From assembly GCA_044892525.1 (NCBI GenBank), contig CM097885.1, forward strand, positions 17,238,001-17,302,000: a stretch of DNA of 64,000 nt. Reading direction: 5' to 3'. This document shows positions 28,283-42,721 of the stretch, piece by piece. Position numbers and translations under genes: made by a program. Position 1 is the first letter of the stretch; each line of letters starts with the position of its first letter. A model generated the notes under the pieces. That model saw only the letters and a list, made by a program, of their open reading frames with translations, was not told the DNA's origin and searched no databases. Origin of the DNA: Schmidtea polychroa. Lineage: Eukaryota.

Positions 28283-31229
28283 ATGGCGAATCGAAATTGG
28301 CGTTCTGGTAATTTTTTAAATCAACGATTTCCAAATTGATTTCTTTATTAGGAGGTAATTACCAATCGTTCAACCAACTTTTAAACCCTATGCCTTATTA
28401 CCCACCTATGAATTATTCGAATGAAAGAAAAAATTATGGTGGAAGAGTTGGGTATCGGGATGAAAATTATAAGTAAGTAATTTTTTAACTCAAAAATATT
28501 TGTTATTGTTCAAAAAATACGGTTTTAATTTGTGAACACGCAATTTGGAAGTAATTTGAATCGATATTTAGACGTGAAAGAAAAGACTTTCAAAGTGGTC
28601 GTCGAGACCGTATCAGTCCTAATAGACGAAGATCACCTTATCAAAGGTCACATGATTCTCACGGGGATTTTCGTAGAGATTCTAAGAAATCTCATGGGCG
28701 CTATGAAGTTAAAGCCCCTCGCTTAACTTTTGATATCAAAGAACTATCGACATCTTCCCTTAAGCTTCGTTATCCGAAAATGTATATACCATCTGACTTC
28801 TTTCACACTCATTTGAGATGGCAAGAAGTCTTTCCACTTTATCGAACAATGAAATTGGGTAATCATTCTGAGTTTCAGGTGAGGAAAACCGAATCAATCA
28901 ATTTTAGATTTTTTAGATCTATTAAATTTTGGAATGTATTCAATTTAATTATTTTAGATTCTTCACAAAGACGTGGAAGTTGATGGTTACCAAGAAGAAG
29001 TTCTGGAACCTTCTGATGTAAATTACACTCATTCGGCAAAAGTTATGCTAATGACCATGCCTAATTTGGTTGATTTATACAAAGCTACGTGTAATTTATC
29101 AGGCAATTCAACAAATACCAAATCTCTGAACAAAAATATCCAGTTTTTAGTTGGATCAAAAGGTAAAAATGAACCTTTGGCTATAGGAGGGCCATGGTCA
29201 CCAAGTTTGGATGGTCCAAATCCAGATGAGGATTCTTCGGTTTTAGTAAATACTGCAATTCGTAATTGTAAAGCTTTGACTGGAATTGACTTGTCTAAAT
29301 GCAAAAAATGGTAAAATATATTAATTAATTTGGTTAAATATAGTGAGTTTTTAAATTGGAATAAAAAATTAATCACTAATGATTAAGTATAAAATGAAGT
29401 TTTAAATCATTTATATTTAAGTTCACGAATTAATGATTATTTGATATTAATTACATGAGAAATTTTTATTAAAACTTTTTAAAATAAAAACTAATTTAAT
29501 AATTTAGGTATAAATTTCTCGAAATTCATTACTATCGACCTGCTGATCGCCAAGGAATCATGCAATCTGGAGATGGTGATAAAGAAGAATCGCATCAAGT
29601 TCAAAGTGAAACGGAAGCTAGAGTTGAAAAAGTGGTTATTTTTATTCCTGAAATTTGGTCATGTATGCCAAATGAAATTGAATGGGCAGAAATTAGAGCA
29701 ACTTTTGAAAAGAAGTTATCGAGCTTAATATCCACTGATGAACCAGAAGATGTAATTGAAGAAGTTAATGAAAGTAAGATAGTAGAAGAACCGAAGCCTG
29801 AAGAAGAAAAGGTTGTTGAAGAACTAGCAAGCGAGGAAAGTCAAAATTTATCTCAATTGAAAGTTGTGGAATTAAAAGCTGAATTGAGTTCAAGAGGTCT
29901 CGATACGAAAGGAGTAAAAAGCCAGCTAATAGAAAGATTACAAGAAGCACTTGATAAGGAAAAGGGCAAGACAGTCGAAGAGAGTATCAGTGAACCAGAA
30001 AAGGCTGAGGTGGTTGAGGAAGAAAAAGAAACCGTTACTGAACATGTTATACCTGTTGTCGAAGAGCCAAAAAAGACTGAAGAGTCGAAGGAATTATCAG
30101 AAAAGGAAAGGAAACGATTAGAAAAACTTTATAAGTTAAATGATAATCCATCGATTTTGGTTTTACCAAATAAAACTGCAAAAGCCGGAAAATTTGAATG
30201 CAATATATTGACACTAGAAAATTTAATGGAATATAGACTTGATGATCAAAAAGAACACATATTTGAGGTATCTTTATTTGCTGAACAATTTAACGAAATG
30301 CTGCAGAGAGATGCTGCTTTTTATATCTATAAAAGCTTGTCTGAGTTACCCGACTCTACCACTGATTCCACAGAACCTTCTTCGAAAAAGCCAAAGTTAG
30401 AAACTGAAAAGGTGATTAGAAAATCCAAAATGATCGCTGATATGCATATGTTATTTTCTTTCTGCGTATTCGATTTCGATAATTGCGGTTATCTGAGGGA
30501 TCACGATTTAGAAGATATCATTCATTGCATCGGATTAAATTTTTCGAGGTCTCAAGTTAGAAAATTAATATCCAAGATTCCAAATAAAAGGGGAAATTTG
30601 CAATATCGTGAAATAACTGACAAAGAAGTAATTGAAGGAAGTGAAGATGATGTAGCAGTTTTAAAAGAGAGAAAATGTGTCATAGATAAACTTGTTGAAT
30701 TATCAAAAGGCAATAAAGCATTTTTCGAAGAATGCGATACCCAGGAAACGATTTCCAGAGAGGGCAATTTAGAGCTTATGGATAAATTATGCGCTGTCGA
30801 AAACAAGAAAATGGATTACGAATCACAATTTGTGTTGATCAAGGATGAATTAAGTATGATAAATTATCGATTTTTTATTGTTAATCCATTTTAATTATAG
30901 CAAAAATAAAATCCATTCAAAATGATGCCGGCGTTGTTGAAACTAATTTAAAAGAAAGTATTCGCAAAGTCCAAGAGAAATTGGAAGCAGAAAAAGAATC
31001 CCATTTGAAATTATCCGATGTTATAAAAGTCTACAATTCCATCCTGAAATCTGCAACAGACAATATGGGACTTTCAATAAAAACTATCAATGATCAGTTC
31101 GAGAAGGAAAGGTTATTAATTGAAGAAGCTAAAGCTAAAGAAGAGGCAGAGAAAAAGATGGATGTAGAAGAAGTTAAAGAACCGGAAGTAAATGAAGATA
31201 AAAGTTGGCAAGTCGTTGACCAAGTTTAA
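28283..31229 (+). CDS. CCAR1: CCAR1/DBC1-family protein; exons 28283-28307, 28352-28472, 28572-28878, 28958-29310, 29508-30853, 30901-31229
   Basis: In-phase GT-AG splicing. RYPKMYIPSDFF; DBC1 domain FLVGSKGKNEPLAIGGPWSPSLDGPNP..TAIRNCKALTGIDLSKC.KWYKFLEIHYYRP; SAP domain LKVVELKAELSSRGLDTKGVKSQLIERL; FEVSLFAEQFNEMLQRD; EF-hand-like FDFDNCGYL; AATAAA near 31354. Confidence 0.92.
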
Positions 31230-31649
31230 TGTGATTGTTTTGGTGTATCGTTTTATATTTAATAATATATTCGGCTCTTACAGTTCGTTGTTATTGAATT
31301 TGAGGTCAAACCATACACGTAGTTTTTACGTATGTTTCTGTACATTGAATTTTAATAAATAAATGTTTCCAATTAAAAGCGGATTTTTTAATCTAATCAT
31401 CTTGCCCTATTTCAATTTATCTATTAGTTAATTTTCTGAATTTTGTCCCACAAATATATAATTGTTATTTCGGTGAAACTTCGTAATTCCGGTTACAAAA
31501 ATGTTAATGGGCACAAAATATGAATTTTTCGAAAATGAGTGAACTTAATAAATCCGATGTCAAAATTTTGCTTGCCTTGCATAATATGGATTATGCAAAT
31601 ATCACTATTGACGTCGTGGGACGAATACAGAATATTTCATTTCACATTA

Positions 31650-32390
31650 TAATTATGAGTATTTGTAGGATATAAACAATTATAAATTCTGCTTTATTTC
31701 AATTGTAGTTAATTACTTTTAGGGCAAATAATTATTGTAATCTACAATTTGCAACACTCTGAATATTGCCATAAAATGCTTATTCAGACTTCATTAAGCC
31801 TCGCTGTAACTGCTCTGGATCTGCATGTCTTGCAACAATAATTACCTCTTTTCTTTATTCTTTTATTTTCCTTTCCACTAATTATATCACCAAGCTTTAA
31901 TTTCTTATTCGTAATGTCCATTTCTTCGTACCTACCTGATGCAAATTGCTGATTGTTTCTGAGGTTGAGTTCCATTCTACAGTTGAAATAATCGCATTGA
32001 TTAATGGCATTTCAGCTAGATCGTCTCCTTTTGACAATCTTTCCCCCCCCGGTCTTTCTCATCTTTTCTCCTTTGAAAGAAATAAGTAATTGTCACATCT
32101 TATAATAATCTTTTTCCCGTTTTACCATTATTCATGTTTCCATGATAATGGTTTTCTAGAATCCACTTTGTTTACTTAACTCGGGTTTTCCTTAATTAAT
32201 TAACGATTTTCTGTTTTTGTACGTTTTCTTGCATTACGACCCTTTCTGAACATATTCTGATGAATCCGTTCTCGTCATGATCTTTCCCGTCATCTCCTTT
32301 AAATCTAATCCGTTTTCCAAATTTTAATTCGATGATTTCTTGCTTTTAAATTTTCGATATTTCTTTTTAAATATTAAGAAATTTTAAATA
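31650..32390 (-). mobile_element. LTR-like repeat fragment (boundaries approximate)
   Basis: The reverse complement of about 31780-32000 resembles 44470-44680, which runs to an LTR-like end (CTCAACA, 44811). Confidence 0.4.
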
Positions 32391-32508
32391 TTAGAACCCC
32401 AACCGACTAATTTGGGTAGACTCGAAGTAAACCATTTTAAAGTAAGATGAACAATCAAAATAAGTAAACGAAACCCAAAAATCATTGCGAGTAAGTTGAG
32501 ATGAGACT

Positions 32509-33700
32509 AGTAGGGAGTTAGTAGCTCCCTGGAACACTTACCCCCCGGGGAGTTGTTCCAGTAATTTTTTATGATCAACGGTTACGTAAGTGTTCCAGTG
32601 TCATACACTTATTTTTTCTGGGATATTCAATACAAAAAAGGTCCTATAGAAAAATCCAGGGTTTTTCTGACTATAGTGAAGGGGTTTCGATGGATCCTGA
32701 CAATTTCAATATAAATTTCAGTTCTCATTTCAAAAGCATGAAATTTTCAAAGTATAATTTGGGCGGGTCTCCTTGGTCGTGGGATTTTAAATGCAAAATT
32801 CAATTCTTGTTAAAAAAGCAAGGGTTTTTCTAAGTAAATTAAGGCGGGTCTCCTAAAATTGAATTATAGTAAATCAATGGCTATATTTGGTAATCAATGG
32901 GTTCAAATAAGTAAATTAAAGTAAATTATGGTCTAAAAATTGAATTAAAGTAAATTACAGGCTCAAATAAGCAAATTAAGGTCTAAAATTTTAAATGAAA
33001 GTAAATTATTAGTTCAAATTTTAAAATTAAAGTAAATCAAGGGTCTAAAAATTTAATTTGTAAAGGTGTAAACATCCATGGAAATATTCTAAGAAAATAT
33101 AATTATTGAATAAATCATATAGTCAAATTCAATATCATTGCAAAGTCATCATCAAAATTAAATAATTTATCCTATCAATTGATTATTGATAAAAAATTCT
33201 AATTATTAACCTAACTGCCATTAAAAATAATTTTTATTTAAAATTAAATTAAAAAACATGACAATAAAATATAGCAAATTATCAAGAAATTAATTAGATT
33301 TATCTTAGAATTAACAATAAAACCTTAAATTTTTAAATATTCTTTCAATTAACATGAAATTCTCAAAAATGACAGAAATTCACTTGAATATTTAGTATAT
33401 CCCGCTAACATCAACACTAAAAAATTACCAATGAATACCTTAAACACCAAAATTTGCCTAAATAAAATCATTAAAACACGCCAGTACCTTTACGACCAGT
33501 ACCCTTACGACCAGCAACCTTATGACCAGTACCCATAGGGGTCAAAACATCTTGTCGGATAAACTCAGAGTATATATAATAAAACAAATTAACTCTATCA
33601 AATTTATCGTTGAACCAGTCAGATTATCACAAAATTGGATAAAAAAATCTTATTCTAAAATGGAAATCAGCATAAAATCGAAAGATAATAACACAGAGAA
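32509..33700 (+). mobile_element. Polinton terminal remnant related to Polinton A
   Basis: Starts AGTAGGGAG..CCTGGAACACTTACCCCCCGGGG, like the 45129 and 54527 termini; 33180-33670 is the reverse complement of about 51240-51700. Confidence 0.7.
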
Positions 33701-35209
33701 AAAACTAACAATATTATTCTCAGGTGGTAAGAATCTTCATTAAAGTGAGGAAATTATTCATTATTCTATGACAAATTAATAATGAAATTCAAATGGGTGA
33801 AAATAAGTGGTAGAATAATTCATTAATGGATTATGGGAGGTAAATGAAAATATACTGAGAAGTGACATAGATAAGATGAATGTGGATAAGAATGGATGTG
33901 CATTAATTGAATTAATTAAAATTATTTCACTAAAAATTATCAATTGCATAGAAATGTTTAGTTCAATTTTAAAAGAAATATTTGTTGGGAGGATATAAAT
34001 GATAATAATTAGTGGAAAATCGAAAATCAGGGGGCTATAAGTGATTAATTAGTGGAATATTGAGAATAGGGGCTATAAGTGAGGAGGATATATAATTTAA
34101 ATTATTTCTAATATATAAATGATTTATTATGTGACTCGATAAGGTACTGTCTGTACAATTATTTTATAAATTATTTTAGGCATTTTAAAAACATTTTACC
34201 AAATTTATATTTGAAAAGTTTGTTTAAAGTATATAACTTAATTTTAATTGTCTAATTCCATCTAATTCCATCAACTGTTATTAAATTAATTTCTTATTCA
34301 CATTTATTTGAAAATTTAAAAAACTTTACTTGTAAAATTTATATTTTTTAATTTAATGTAAACTACTTTTAATTATATTTTATAAAAGGCATATATTTGA
34401 ATATTACATTTATCTTGACTGAAAATGGTAATATATCTATTATTTTAAATTATCTTTTATGATAATTGTTTTTGAAATATCTAGTGTAAATCAAAACATT
34501 TAAACAATAATATGCTATTATTAAGGTATTAAAGTAATTAGTCAAATATTTGAAAAAAAAGACATAATCATTATTTCTCAGTCAAACACCATTCACGGCT
34601 TGTTATGTAACAAATGGGACATTTACTGATTTAATACTTAAAAAAATAAATGTCTATAAAACAATAAAATTGACTACACAACATCAAAATGAAAAACACA
34701 TTAATAAAGTAAATTTACGAAACGAATATAATGTAGAATTAAACCCGAAAAATTGACAGTTTGTATGACTTTGCATGAAATACATAGCACGAAATCCGCA
34801 AAATCTAATCAAAGGCAATCTGAAGGAAATAAAATTGGTTTAATATTTGAAAGCTTTGTTTATCCGATACTATTTTTAAAGCGAACTTCAAAAGCCATGA
34901 AAGAAAAAATAACATAAATTTCCATACAATTCTTTTGTATTTCAAATCCGAAATTTCTCCAATTATTGTAAGAATAAAACAGAATTTAAACATCATTCAA
35001 AGAAATATTACATTCAAAACACTGAACAATAAAAACATTCAATATTATGGAGCTGTATAGTAAGCAAAGACTTATAAACAGTTTAACACAGACAATAGCA
35101 ATTATAGACCATAACAAAGTACCAATTATCACGAAAACTAAGAATGGAGATAATCATTGAATTTATTAAACCATTAACACAAATTAAATAATAACATTAT
35201 ATTAATAAT

Positions 35210-35678
35210 TCACATATAAAGATCATCGATATCAATTTCTACTACATCATTTGCCAAATCATTGTCTTCTTTGTCTAATAAGTAAAATAACAATATAAAT
35301 AATAGAATAATTTGGAACTTACAATTTTCACTTAAATCGAAAGACATCTGAATAGCATTAATTAAAAATGGAACCATTACTCTTTCACTAGCTAAAAATT
35401 TATAAATATATATTTACAAATAGAATGAATAAAATACATTTCTTATAAGGATAATACAATTTTTCAATCGGTGGATATTCATCATCAGTCGAATTTTCAA
35501 CAATTTTCTTCTCTCGACATTTGTCTTTATTCATCTTTCTTTTTTCATTAACATTTGACTTTTGTTTTGAGAATGAAAATTTCTTTATTAAATCATTTTG
35601 AGGAATTTTAAAAACATTAGAATTTATCTGAACCTCACGAAGAGGCATAGATTTGTGAATTATTGAATCTTCAATCAT
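35210..35678 (-). CDS. Small intact 3-exon gene (35678-35438, 35391-35323, 35274-35210; 124 aa), securin-like
   Basis: Two phase-1 GT-AG introns of 46 and 48 nt keep the frame. Basic N-terminal half with PLREVQINSN, central DDEYPPIEKLYYP, acidic tail EDNDLANDVVEIDIDDLYM*. Confidence 0.7.
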
Positions 35679-36151
35679 TTTAATTTACAATTTAATTTTA
35701 AGATATTTAAACAAATATTTATTTAAAGTTCTATTTTTAAAATTTAATATAAAAAAATTATATAAAACCAATTTAAAGCAAGGCAATTTTACAATTATCA
35801 AAAAATTTCAAGCTAATAAACTAATTTAAAAAATTTGGAACTATTTTGGTTGAGTAGTGATTAAAATCATAAACATCCTGATTTTTGAAGAAAATTGTAG
35901 TAAACTTCATTAAAATAGATTAAAATAGATGCCTTTATTATTCATTTATTATTCATTTGTATTATGTTTAGTCAAAATGACATTAAATAGCATGTAAACA
36001 GCAAGAAAAAAAAACTCAAGTACTAAATTAGGTTAAATGACTCAAAGATAAAAATTATAACTAAAAGTAGATGAACTATAATTGCAAAAACACTATTTAA
36101 ATTTGAATATATTGGAAGAAGAATATAATTACATGAAACTCAAAGTTAATA

Positions 36152-36246
36152 AAACCATAGCCAATTGAGACTTAAGTTTTTCCATTTAGGAATCTAATTA
36201 GGAAACCATAGCCAATTGAGACTTAAGTTTTTCCATTTAGGAATCT
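36152..36246. repeat. Near-tandem direct duplication of ~44 bp
   Basis: AAACCATAGCCAATTGAGACTTAAGTTTTTCCATTTAGGAATCT occurs twice. Confidence 0.9.
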
Positions 36247-36707
36247 GTACAACATACTAAGCTATAGTAGAAACTAAAGTAGGCCATCCCACATGATGTC
36301 AAATTCTCTCGGAATCTGCTATTCAGTTAAAATTATTTAATTTAGCTCTTAAAATTTGTGAATAATTTTCGTAAGTTTTGATTAACTTTTTAATGCATAT
36401 GAAATATTCCACAATAAATTTATTTTAGAAGATTTATACCGTGTTATGTCTATTTTTCCGAATTTTAGTATCAGAAATTAAATCTAACTTTATTGTTAAA
36501 ATTCAATATAATTAAGTCCAATAAAATTTATTCCAATAAAATTAACTATTCCAATAAAATTAACAATTCCAATAAAATTAATTAAAAAAACTCAAAATAC
36601 AATCGAATAATATATTTTGGTGATTTCACATTGGAGTTAAATGATTTTATTATAACATCATGATAACTAATATGTTCCAATAATTTTTTTGAAACTACTA
36701 CACTTGG

Positions 36708-37154
36708 CAAAGCCCTAACAAGGCATTATTGCGCCCTGTGCGGTTTATATATCTGGCGCCCCAAACACGCGAATTCAAAACAGTCTACTATAATCATTAT
36801 AATGTTCATGTTAAGATTGTTGACTATGTATTCATCTCCAGCTATTATATAATAGGTATTAATGTTCCTAAAATTCTGTTGCTAATGGAAAAAATGACAG
36901 GAACCCATTTTGTGGACTAACATTTTATAAAATACACACTTACAAAGGCACACTAATGGACCAGTCCAATCAGTAATGTTAAAGATAGGCTAGCTAGGAT
37001 GTCTTTTTTTCTCGTTCATGTCATTTATTATTTTTTATTTATATTTTTTTGTTTTTTGGTGACATTATAAAATTGGTACATCCCAATTTTGTGCTCCTTT
37101 CAGATGTGTGCCCTGTGCAACTGCACCGCTCGCACCACCCTTCTTACAGCCCTG
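36708..37154. mobile_element. hAT MITE
   Basis: 8-bp TSD ACACTTGG; imperfect TIRs CAAAGCCCTAACAAG / CTTCTTACAGCCCTG. Confidence 0.75.
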
Positions 37155-40100
37155 ACACTTGGTGGGTTACAAGTGGGGAATCATTCCATATGATTGGTGA
37201 CATTTTACGATCTTTTCTTTAAGAAATTAAGAAACAACTTTAAGAAACAACCATGCAATTCGGGTTGTCTACCTTATCTCACTAGCGCCTCGACCCGGTC
37301 TACTTGCTTTGTCACCTCAGCTTTGGATCGGGCTACGTCTTGGCGAAACTTCTACATCGAAGGAGTTTTATGATTATAAATGTTAAAATTTGCACAGCGG
37401 CATCAGTGAAAATGATACTATACCTGATAATAATTGTGATTTAACTTGGTTAAAGGCTATAGATACGCATTATTTTTATGTAAAAAGTATAAAGTGATGA
37501 TTTCTTGGTAGCAGGATTTATTATTTAAAACAATAATGTGATAATTTAAGCCTTTGTTGCGAATAATGTATTTAATGATACGTCGAATTGCTTTACCAAT
37601 TCTTAGACGCATAGAGAATTCTGGTATGAAAACTGCCAATTATGTAATAAATAACAATTCCAAAATTCTACCTGCTTTAAAATCAAATGTTTTATCTGAA
37701 ATTAAAGAATCACTAGCTAATGTAATTCAACATTTACCTACTGTAATTAATAAAGTATCTGATGTTTTTAATAAACAAGAGAATGAACAAAAAGGTGGAA
37801 TGATTAAACACAGAAAAACTTTAAAGAAACATATAAACAAAAGAATGAAAGGCTATGGAACTATATTCGAGAAATGATTAGCGCAAAATCTGAATTATGT
37901 ATTTTTGATAGACAATCACCTCAAGCAGTAATCGAACATAGTTCATTTGAAAATATTTATCCAACGAATTCAATTACTTTACAATTAATCCTTTGAGAAG
38001 TAAGGAAATTGTTGAATTTTTCTTACCTATTGGATCTTCTTCTTTTTATAAGGACTAAATCTTTGGTGATCGGCGATTATCAAATTTTATTCTTGTAACA
38101 TTTCAAAGAAATAAAAGAAATAAAAGACCACTATCAAATTTTTATTCAATGTATGACCACAATAATGTAAAATCAATAACTTTGTTGGCGCTTAAGAGGT
38201 GTGTCATTTAAATGTTCTAGGGTTGCTTATGAATTTGAAATTAACTCTTTCCTAAACACTTTCATGATTTTTTTACTTTTTACCATTTGTACACAGTGGC
38301 TGAAAATCAATGAGCAGGTGAGTTCTACTACTAGAACTACTCATTGCATTTTCATTTTTGGGTGCTGGACTTCCAATAGAAGGTCTTACGTCACTGTTCA
38401 TTATCTATCCCATTCTTAGATTATTGTCCTTCTTTGTTCATTTATTTATGGTCCTAATTACTGGATGTTATTCAATGTTACTTTAGGAAATTTTTCGCAG
38501 GGATCCGTCCTTATCTCCCAGTTCTTAAATGTAGTCCTATATTTTCTGTGTTGTTTTGTTAAATCTCTCTGCATACTCTCTGCCTGGTTTTACAACCATC
38601 TGCAACTACTGCAAGTCATTCAGTTATACCAAATCTCTAGATTCTATTTCCATTCTAGTCTTTCGACAAAAACTGTGTCAGCAATTGACCCAGTAGGCCC
38701 TGATGAGCACGGCCCTGAATCCAGCTGACGGATGACTGAAGTATCACCTGATCCATTGGATAAGAGGACATAGAGCTCCTTTGCACTTGACCAGCGTAAC
38801 CCTCAGTTCATCAATATCTATTAAAATTACTCAATAAAAATTAAAATTTAAACTAAAAACAAATAATAAAGAACAAAAAATATTAAATCGAACGATAAAA
38901 TTTAATAACTTTAAAATTATTTCATGATTAAAAATTATTTCATACAAAACAAAATTTCCACAAGTGGATAAAATTCATAAGAACCGAAAACTGAGAGCAA
39001 GTTAGCCAAAAAAGTTTTGTGTTACCGTTGTTGATTTTCAAATGAATTTCCAGTCAGTATTTTTACTGATTTAGTTGTCCGCCTACGCATTTATTGCCAC
39101 TCTATCCAATCGGAATGCGTGTAAATTTTGATTTACTATACACGAGTGCATGCATTTCACATTTAATTGATTGATTTAAACCAGTTATTCTCAAACTGGG
39201 CGATATCGCCCCCTGGTGGGCGATCGATATCTTAGAGTGGGCGAATATTTGACTATATGCTTTTAAGGGGCGATAATCATTTTGCGTGGGCGAAATCATT
39301 TTGAATACCCGCTTGCAGTGATGGCTCATGCAATTTGTATATAAAAGATTCCACTGCATTTTTATATTGCGTTGCAGTCGGACATAATGTGTGCATGTCT
39401 TAGATTCGCTTTGCGTGTGCAACGGTTTCAAGCATTTAGTTGCGTTTAGTCAAGCAGTCAGTAATAAGTAATGTTCAATTTAATTTTAATGTTGTCTGTT
39501 GTGCTGTCGCCATATAATTTCAATTATTTTTAAAATAAACGTATTTCATTTTGTTCTGTATATCATACGTAAGTTAATTATTACTTATACCTATTGATTT
39601 ATAAAATGATTTTATTGATATTATAAAATTTAATAATTATTTTCTATTAATTTAACTAATATTAAAAATATTTAAATAAAAAAAACGACCTGAGAATCGA
39701 ACCTGGCACTATTAGATATTAGCTAGCTATGATTTTTTTAAAATTTGAATTTTAGATCAATCTCTAAAAATGTTCTAGAAAAAGAAATACCGGCACTATT
39801 CTGTTGAGTATGTAAAGTTTGGTTTTATTTTTTACCCACAAAATAGTCAACTTCCAATGTGTTTACTGTGCAATCACGTATTTTCTAATGAAGCAATGAA
39901 ACCACCCGGATGATTAAACATTTAAAAAGAAAACATCCCGACAAGCAGGAAAAAGACATTGAATATTTCGAAAATTTAAAAATGATGTTTACCAAAAGAA
40001 ATAAAATAATCGATGTATTCAAAACAACAACAACACATATAAATAAGGGATTGGAGGTGTCGTATAAGATTTCACGTATAATAGCTCAAAATGCGAAACC

Positions 40101-40200
40101 TCATAATATTGGAGATAAATTATCATTACCGGTTATAAGGGAAGTTCTTACCATGACTTCAGCAGATCCAGCCAATATTTTGTCAATGATTCCATTAAGT

Positions 40201-40575
40201 CAGTGCTTTCCAACCTTTTCATGCTTGTGACACACTTTTTAGACTTCCATCATTTTGCGACACAGCAAATCAGTTTTACCAGAAAACCAGACGTCATACA
40301 ACTTACGCCATATGGTAAACCGTTATACAAGAGACAATGAAACATATTTACATATAAATATTGAATTCCAACGATTAACTAATAAATAGGGTAAACAAGC
40401 GTTCTTGCCGCTAAAACACGACGGACTATATATGTGTATTGTATTTCACTCTAACAATCGCTAAAAAGTTTATAAAATTAAGGGACTCTGTGGCTTTTCA
40501 TTATGTTCACGCGACACACCTATGCAGCGCTGCCGATACACTAAAATGTCGCGACACACCGGTTGGAAAGCTCTG
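40201..40575. mobile_element. hAT MITE inserted in the Buster transposase
   Basis: TIRs CAGTGCTTTCCAACC / GGTTGGAAAGCTCTG; TSD CATTAAGT; excision restores IPLSNDT. Confidence 0.93.
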
Positions 40576-41675
40576 CATTAAGTAATGATACCATATCAAG
40601 AAGGATTAAAGAAATGGCAAATGATGTTGAAAATCAATTAACTGCGGATCTCGAAACACAAGAGTTCACTATACAGTTGGATGAGAGTAGTGTACGGTAT
40701 AGTGATACAATATTAATCGCTTATGTTAGGTACATAAAGGATGCAAAAATCATGGAAGAAATGTTATTCTGCAGACATTTAGTCATTGATACGAAAGGCA
40801 CATCAATATATGAATGTTTTAAAACGTATTTTGATCAAAAACAAATTCCTTTAAAAAATATATTAGCCTGTGCAATGCATAGTGCCCCTTCGATGGTAGG
40901 ACGTCATCGTGGTTTTATAACGATGTTAAAGAGACAAAATCCAGATATGTTTACAATTCATTGTATAATTCATAGGTAAAACTTGGTTACCAAATCATTG
41001 GCGGGAGATTACATGAAACAATGAATTTAGCAATATCAATAATTAACAAAATAAAAGCACACCCCTTAATAACAGATTATTTCGGCAACTTTGCCATGAA
41101 AATGATCAAGAATATGAGCGTCTATTATTGGTCACGGAGGTCAGGTGGCTATCTAAAGGAGGTTGCCTCAGAAGAATGTTCGACCTATTTGATACAGTCA
41201 TTGCTTATTTAGGATCAACAAATTATAATATTCCAATGGAGATATCTGTTTTAAAGAGTGGCATAGCCTATTTGGCAGATATATATGCAAAAATAAATGA
41301 ATTACTTTTGAAACTACAAGGAAACAATGTAAGCATAATTAAGGTGAAAAGTTTGATGATTGGATTTATAAACAAATTAGGCCTTTATAAAAATAACATT
41401 GCTAGAAAAGATTTTACTTTATTTCCATGTTTAAGTAAAATAATTGTACAGGACGAAAATATTGCAGTTTATTATAAGAATTTGGAGAGCCAAACTGTAG
41501 ATATGAAACTTCGGTTAAAAGATGTTGAAAATATTCATATTCCTGATTCCATTTAGTGCTACCAATGCTCCTTCGCATATCCAAGAAATGTTAGTAGATT
41601 TGCAGGCAAATATTGAAGCAAAACATTCATTTGAACGAAGCAGTTTAGAAGAATTTTGAATTAAAATTAGTAACA

Positions 41676-42056
41676 CAGTGGTGGAACTTCAAAATTTGGG
41701 CCCCCGCGCAATGTAAAATAATTCCACAATAATTTTTTTTAACAAAAACAAGTTAGATATTGATTTCATATATCATAAAAATAATACAAAAATGAAACTA
41801 AAACTTAAAGGACCTTAAATATTAAAATCTTTCCTCATTGCCTTCATATTGGCAAAAAAATTTTCGGTTAAAGTTTAATACATAGTCATTCACAGCAGCC
41901 GCTATTCAATGATAGTTTTATGTTTGTAGGCAAATATAACTGCGGGAAAAAGTTTCAGAAAATGATTGTAAATATTTTTTTACTAATAATTTTGGGACCC
42001 CTATAGCTGGTGGGCCCCCGCAACGCAGGGTCCTGCGTCCACTAGTTACGCCACTG
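41676..42056. mobile_element. Second hAT MITE inserted in the Buster transposase
   Basis: TIRs CAGTGGTGGAACT / AGTTACGCCACTG; TSD TAGTAACA. Confidence 0.9.
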
Positions 42057-42721
42057 TAGTAACACATTTCAGAGACTGGATAGAAATAAAAGTTTTAATT
42101 ATGGCATTTCCAACTTCATATCTAGTTGAAAAGGGTTTCAGTGCTGTTTCTCAAATGCTGACTAAGCAAAGAAATGGCCTAAATATTTGCGGACAAGGTG
42201 ACTTAAGATTATATCTCTCGAAATTAGAACCAAATATTATTAAACTTTGCAAAGTTCACCAACCTCAAGGTTCTCATTAAATCTTTAAATTTCATTTAGC
42301 TTATTATTTATGTTTGGTCTTACCTTTTGTAGGTTAAATTAAAATTCTAAGTAATAAATATTATTCTACTTTTGTTTCTTTCAAATTTCTTTGGATATAT
42401 CTTACTAACGCCTAATCTAAACCAAACCTCCTTATATTAGAAATTATCATGTAATTTTTATCTGTTAAAATTCATAGGGGGGCTAATAAAGAAGTGGGCC
42501 TTACAAAGTGGGCGTTTGGTCCAAAAAGATTGAATGACATTGATTTAAACAATTCAATTATTTTATAATATTATTTTTTATTTCATTTTATTATCTCTAT
42601 TATTTTTAATGGAAATTTTAATTTTAATTTTAATATATTTATTATTATTTTATTTATTTAAAATAATTTTTTCCTATTCCTTTTCTTAAATTCTGCAATT
42701 TTTGCCATAGCTCCTTCGTAT

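Larger units (their letters stand above)
39182..42542 (+). mobile_element. hAT Buster-type (ZBED5/SCAND3-like) transposon with decayed transposase
   Basis: Perfect TSD ATTTAAAC; CAGTTATTCTCAA / TTGAATGACATTG ends; PMCLLC, PLSNDTISRRI, QLDES, HCIIHR, EVRWLSKG, AFPTSYLVEKGFS, QPQGSH*. Confidence 0.93.

Noticed and set aside
34805..34996. 63-aa hydrophobic ORF downstream of the securin-like gene
   Set aside because: No motif or splice support; probably a chance ORF in AT-rich sequence.
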